Assembly: GCA_964384925.1 (NCBI GenBank)
Contig: CAYLNP010000002.1
Coordinates: 1-50,230, forward strand
Source: an uncultured Woeseiaceae bacterium
GTDB lineage: Bacteria > Pseudomonadota > Gammaproteobacteria > Steroidobacterales > PWYM01
DNA: 50,230 nucleotides
Direction of reading: 5' to 3'
Below, in pieces: positions 46,581-50,230 of the stretch. The notes below the pieces were generated by a model. It searched no databases. It was given only the letters and a program-made list of their open reading frames with translations, and was not told the DNA's origin. The first letter of the stretch is position 1; the number at the start of each line of letters is the position of its first letter. The translations under genes were made by a program, and so were the position numbers.

Positions 46581-47142
46581 TATGCCTCGTATCAACCTGC
46601 TTCCCTGGCGTGAAGAGCTGCGCAAGCGCAGACAGCGCGACTTCGGTATCGCTGCAGCTGTCGCCGTGGTCCTCGGGCTTGCCGTGGTCTTCGCCTGTAT
46701 CCAGGTGTGGAGCGGCATGATCGATCATCAGAACGAGCGCAATCAGCTGCTGCGCGCCGAAATTGCGATCCTCGATGAGCAGATCGCCGAGATCCGCTCG
46801 CTGGAGTCGCAGAAGCAGCGCCTGCTGGCGCGCATGGAGATCATCGAGGAGCTGCAGCGCAGCCGCCCCGAGGTGGTCCATGTGTTCGACGAGCTGGCCG
46901 AGCGACTGCCGGACGGTGTGTACTTCACTCAGGTGCGCCAGGCCGGCAAGCGCATCGAACTGCGCGGCACTGCACAGTCGAGCACGCGTGTCTCGGCGCT
47001 GATGCGTCAGCTCGACGCCTCCCCGTGGATGACCAATCCCGGACTGTCGGTGGTGGAAACCCGTCAGGTAGGCCCGTTGCGCCAGGCGGAGTTCACGGTG
47101 TTCGTCACCCAGGTCTCGGCTTCCGACCGAGAGGAGGGCTGA
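46573..47142 (+). CDS. pilN: Type IV pilus assembly protein PilN
   Basis: 189 aa. Reads MPRINLLPWREELRKRRQRDF plus one TM and a coiled coil. It overlaps the pilM end. Confidence 0.9.
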   Translation: MTDMPRINLLPWREELRKRRQRDFGIAAAVAVVLGLAVVFACIQVWSGMIDHQNERNQLLRAEIAILDEQIAEIRSLESQKQRLLARMEIIEELQRSRPEVVHVFDELAERLPDGVYFTQVRQAGKRIELRGTAQSSTRVSALMRQLDASPWMTNPGLSVVETRQVGPLRQAEFTVFVTQVSASDREEG

Positions 47143-47144
47143 AC

Positions 47145-47750
47145 GTGAACGACCTTCTTGTCCAGCTCAAGGCCCTCGATGTCAACGACATCGGCCGGTG
47201 GCCCTTTGTTTTCCGTGCAGCACTGATCGTGCTGCTGTTCATCGCCGTGGTCGCAGGCGGCTTCTACATGAAAGTCGTGCGCGAAGAGATGCCACGGCTG
47301 GAACGCGCCGAAATCGAGGAAGCCGACCTCAAGCGCACTTTCGAAACCCGCCAGCGGCAGGCCGCGAATCTGGATGCCTACCGCGTTCAGCTGGTCGAGA
47401 TGGAGCGCTCCTTCGGCACGATGCTGCGTCAGCTGCCCAACGAGACCGAAGTGCCCAACCTGCTGGTGGACATCTCGCAGACGGGGCTTGGCGCCGGCCT
47501 CGAGGAACGGCTGTTTCAGCCCAACCCCGAGATTCCACGCGATTTCTACGCGGAGTTGCCGATCAGCATCCGCCTGGTTGGCAGCTACCACGAGATGGGT
47601 GAGTTCGTCAGCGGCATCGCGGCGCTGCCGCGCATCGTTACGCTGCACGACATCCAGATCTCCAGGGAAGGCGATCGCGAACCCACCGGCAGACTGGTGC
47701 TCGACGTGACTGCCAAGACCTACCGCTATCTTGACGAGGCCGGCGAATGA
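47145..47750 (+). CDS. pilO: Type IV pilus assembly protein PilO
   Basis: A GTG 2 nt after the pilN stop, in frame with ORF 47025-47750, gives VNDLLVQLKALDVNDIGRWP plus a TM, a coiled coil, then LPISIRLVGSYHEMGEFVSGIAALPRIVTLHD. Confidence 0.9.
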   Translation: MNDLLVQLKALDVNDIGRWPFVFRAALIVLLFIAVVAGGFYMKVVREEMPRLERAEIEEADLKRTFETRQRQAANLDAYRVQLVEMERSFGTMLRQLPNETEVPNLLVDISQTGLGAGLEERLFQPNPEIPRDFYAELPISIRLVGSYHEMGEFVSGIAALPRIVTLHDIQISREGDREPTGRLVLDVTAKTYRYLDEAGE

Positions 47751-48289
47751 CCATGCTGCAATTGTCTTCGCTGACACGCTCGGCGGTGCTTGTGCTGGTG
47801 GGCAGCACAGTGCTGTTGACCAGTGCGTGCAGTGGACGGATGGATGACCTCAACAGCTATATCGACGAGGTCAAGGCGCGCCCGGGCGGGCGCATCGAGC
47901 CGCTGCCCGAGATCCAGCCCGCGCCCAGTCACACTTACGGTGCCGCCCAGGCAAACCTGCGTTCGCCGTTCACGCCGGACAGCCCGGCGATGGCGCGCCC
48001 GGACGGTGTGGGCGCCCCGGATCGTGACCGCCCGCGCCAGTTTCTCGAGCAGTTTCCGCTCGACACCATGCGCATGGTCGGCACCCTGCGCTTCGGCGAC
48101 GGCACTTTCGCGCTGGTCCAGACCAGCGACGGTCTGGTTCACCGCGTCCAGCGTGGCAACTACATGGGCCAGAGTGATGGTCGGGTCATCGAAATCTCCG
48201 AATCCGAGATTCGTCTGACCGAAATCGTCTCCGATGGCATGGGCGGCTACATGGAGCGCCCGGCGGCTATGGCACTCAGCGAGAATTGA
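47747..48289 (+). CDS. pilP: Type IV pilus assembly lipoprotein PilP
   Basis: 180 aa with signal and lipobox VLLTSAC. The C-terminal beta-domain reads LVQTSDGLVHRVQRGNYMGQSDGRVIEISE. Confidence 0.85.
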   Translation: MTMLQLSSLTRSAVLVLVGSTVLLTSACSGRMDDLNSYIDEVKARPGGRIEPLPEIQPAPSHTYGAAQANLRSPFTPDSPAMARPDGVGAPDRDRPRQFLEQFPLDTMRMVGTLRFGDGTFALVQTSDGLVHRVQRGNYMGQSDGRVIEISESEIRLTEIVSDGMGGYMERPAAMALSEN

Positions 48290-48333
48290 AACGGCCGGGG
48301 CCAATGCCCCGCGAGTCGATGGGAGTATATGGG

Positions 48334-50230
48334 ATGATCTTTGTACGCAAGCCGCTGGGGATAGCACGGGCAACCGGCCGTGCAGGCCTGTCGTCGGTAG
48401 CGCTGCTGGCCGTGACCTCGCTGGGTTGGGGGGCCGCCGCTTCGGCTGCGGACCGGCAGCTCGAGAGCATCGATGTGCAGACCTTGCCGGGCGATCGGCT
48501 GGAGCTGCGCCTGACCATGAGCAGCGCCGCGCCTGATCCGCTGGCATTCACGATCGACTCGCCCGCGCGCATTGCGCTGGATCTGCCGGACACGGCGCTG
48601 CGCATGGACGCGCGTCGTCGCGATGTGAATGTGGGTCCCCTGAACACGATCCTCGCCGCCGAGGCTGATGGCCGCACCCGTGTGGTGCTGAACCTCGATG
48701 CCATGGTGCCCTACCAGACGCAGGTCGAAGGCAACACCATCCTGGTGACACTGGGCGCCGGCGCGGCACGCGTTGCGGCGACTTCCTTCCCCGCAGCCGC
48801 TGCGGCGCAGGCCACACCGGCCGCCACGCGCTCCGGTCGTCGCAGCATCGAGGATGTCGATTTCCGACGTGGCGCTGATGGTGCAGGCCGCATCGAGGTG
48901 CGACTCTCAGATCCCAATACGACTGTGGACGTGCGCGAGGAAGGCGGCCGGGTGCAGGTGTCATTCCGCGATACGGAACTGCCCAGTGAGCTGATGCGCC
49001 GTCTGGACGTGGTGGATTTCGCCACGCCGGTGACCACCGTCGATGCCATGCGTGTCGACCGCGACACCCGCATGATCATCGCCGCCAGCGGTGACTGGGA
49101 GCACCTCGCCTATCAGTCCGACACGATGTTCACGGTCGAGGTCAAGGCCGCCACGCCCGAAGCTGAAGCGACCAGCCCGTTTGATGAAGAGCGCAGCTAC
49201 TCCGGTGAGCGTCTGACCCTGAACTTCCAGGACATCGAGACCCGCGCCGTGCTGCAGCTGCTCTCCGACGTGTCGGGGCTGAACATGGTGGTCGCCGATA
49301 CCGTGACCGGTAATGTGACGCTGCGCCTGCAGAACGTGCCCTGGGATCAGGCGCTGGACATCGTCATGGCCACCAAGGGCCTGGACATGCGCCGCAACGG
49401 GGATGTCGTGCTGATAGCACCGGCCGCCGAGATTGCCGCCCGCGAGCGCGCCGAGCTCAGCGCGCGCCAGGAGATTCAGCAGCTCGAGCCGCTGCGCTCG
49501 GAGTTCCTGCAGGTCAACTATGCCAAGGCCGCCGATCTCGGTGCGCTTATCTCCGGCGAAGGCAGCTCGCGAAGCTTCATCTCCGAGCGTGGCAGCGTCG
49601 CCATCGACGAACGCACCAACACGCTGCTGCTCAACGACACCGCCACGCGCATTGCGGATATCCGCCGGCTCGTGGCGACGCTGGATATCCCCGTGCGGCA
49701 GGTGCTCATTGAGTCGCGCATCGTCATCGTCAACGACGATTTCAACCGCGAGCTCGGCGTGCGACTCGGGCTGACGCAGGTCGGGGATCGCGGCAGCAAC
49801 GGTCTGATCTCCATGACCGGGACTGCGGCCGGATCGGCCTCGATCGTCAACTCGGCACTCGACAACCTGCAGACCACGGGTCAGCCGTTCCCCGTGGAGC
49901 TGGGCACCATCGATCAGCGCTACAACGTCAATCTGCCGGTGGCCAATCCTGCCGGTTCGATCGCGCTGGCCTTCCTTGGCGCCGATACCCTGATCGACCT
50001 GGAACTCTCCGCGCTGCAGGCCGAAGGTCGCGCGGAAGTCGTTTCCACGCCGCGCGTCATCGTCTCGAACCAGCGCGAGGCGCGCATCGAGCAGGGCGTC
50101 GAGATCCCCTATCAGGAGTCCTCGGCCAGCGGGGCGACAGCCACCCAGTTCAAGAAGGCCGTACTGAGCCTCACAGTCACGCCGCAGATCACGCCGGACA
50201 ACCGCATCATCATGGATCTGATGGTCAGCA
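48334..50230 (+). CDS. pilQ: Type IV pilus secretin PilQ; 3' end lies outside the window
   Basis: This frame is open from an ATG at 48319 or 48334 to the window end, and is absent from the ORF track because it has no stop. It has a signal peptide and AMIN-type repeats (LESIDVQTLPGDRLELRL; VDFRRGADGAGRIEV). It then reads LTLNFQDIETRAVLQLLSDVSGLNMVV...VPWDQALDIVM...STPRVIVSNQREARIEQGVEIPY. Confidence 0.9.
   Translation, partial: MIFVRKPLGIARATGRAGLSSVALLAVTSLGWGAAASAADRQLESIDVQTLPGDRLELRLTMSSAAPDPLAFTIDSPARIALDLPDTALRMDARRRDVNVGPLNTILAAEADGRTRVVLNLDAMVPYQTQVEGNTILVTLGAGAARVAATSFPAAAAAQATPAATRSGRRSIEDVDFRRGADGAGRIEVRLSDPNTTVDVREEGGRVQVSFRDTELPSELMRRLDVVDFATPVTTVDAMRVDRDTRMIIAASGDWEHLAYQSDTMFTVEVKAATPEAEATSPFDEERSYSGERLTLNFQDIETRAVLQLLSDVSGLNMVVADTVTGNVTLRLQNVPWDQALDIVMATKGLDMRRNGDVVLIAPAAEIAARERAELSARQEIQQLEPLRSEFLQVNYAKAADLGALISGEGSSRSFISERGSVAIDERTNTLLLNDTATRIADIRRLVATLDIPVRQVLIESRIVIVNDDFNRELGVRLGLTQVGDRGSNGLISMTGTAAGSASIVNSALDNLQTTGQPFPVELGTIDQRYNVNLPVANPAGSIALAFLGADTLIDLELSALQAEGRAEVVSTPRVIVSNQREARIEQGVEIPYQESSASGATATQFKKAVLSLTVTPQITPDNRIIMDLMVS

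Noticed and set aside
1-50230. A search for CRISPR arrays, IS or transposase genes, integrases, prophage genes and toxin-antitoxin pairs.
   Set aside because: I found no repeat-spacer periodicity, no recombinase or transposase-like ORF, and no compositional island apart from the short AT-rich gap at 39.8 kb. The window appears to be conserved core chromosome.

Overview
This is a GC-rich, tightly packed chromosomal core region. Its gene order is gammaproteobacterial and Pseudomonas-like: rph-yicC-gmk-rpoZ-spoT-ridA-recG, an aa3 cox cluster, and ponA divergent from pilMNOPQ. I can support about 55 protein-coding genes.

Gene order, left to right:
- S41 peptidase tail, yibQ, a degenerate GGDEF membrane protein, an unknown membrane protein, and DUF72.
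- On the minus strand: dtd-tatABC-bdhA-patatin.
- A TRAP transporter whose binding-protein gene converges on its permease genes.
- A small TPR protein, trkH-trkA and uvrD.
- A complete aa3 cytochrome oxidase biogenesis cluster: DUF2244, coxB, coxA, a small ORF, ctaG, coxC, DUF2909, SURF1, a CxxxC protein, ctaA and cyoE.
- bioB-bioC, comF, ubiC-ubiA, recG, ridA, spoT, rpoZ, gmk and yicC.
- On the plus strand: a PP2C phosphatase, rph, rdgB, hemW, rpmE and gltA.
- A conserved hypothetical, mrcA, and pilMNOPQ (pilQ is truncated by the window end).

I found no tRNA or rRNA gene, CRISPR array, IS element, prophage or obvious defence island, so most of the window is ordinary.

The observations most worth a second look:
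1. A 418-bp AT-rich non-coding island between hemW and rpmE. It is flanked by consensus DnaA boxes and carries an oriC-13-mer-like GATC element, close to a strong gene-strand polarity switch.
2. The split convergent TRAP system, with a cytoplasmic TPR protein translationally coupled to the permease genes.
3. A membrane GGDEF protein with a degenerate active site but an intact I-site.
4. An orphan PP2C phosphatase inserted between yicC and rph, behind two tandem direct repeats.

All functional calls come from my own reading of the translated ORFs. No database search was run. Hand-located motif coordinates may be off by 1-2 nt.
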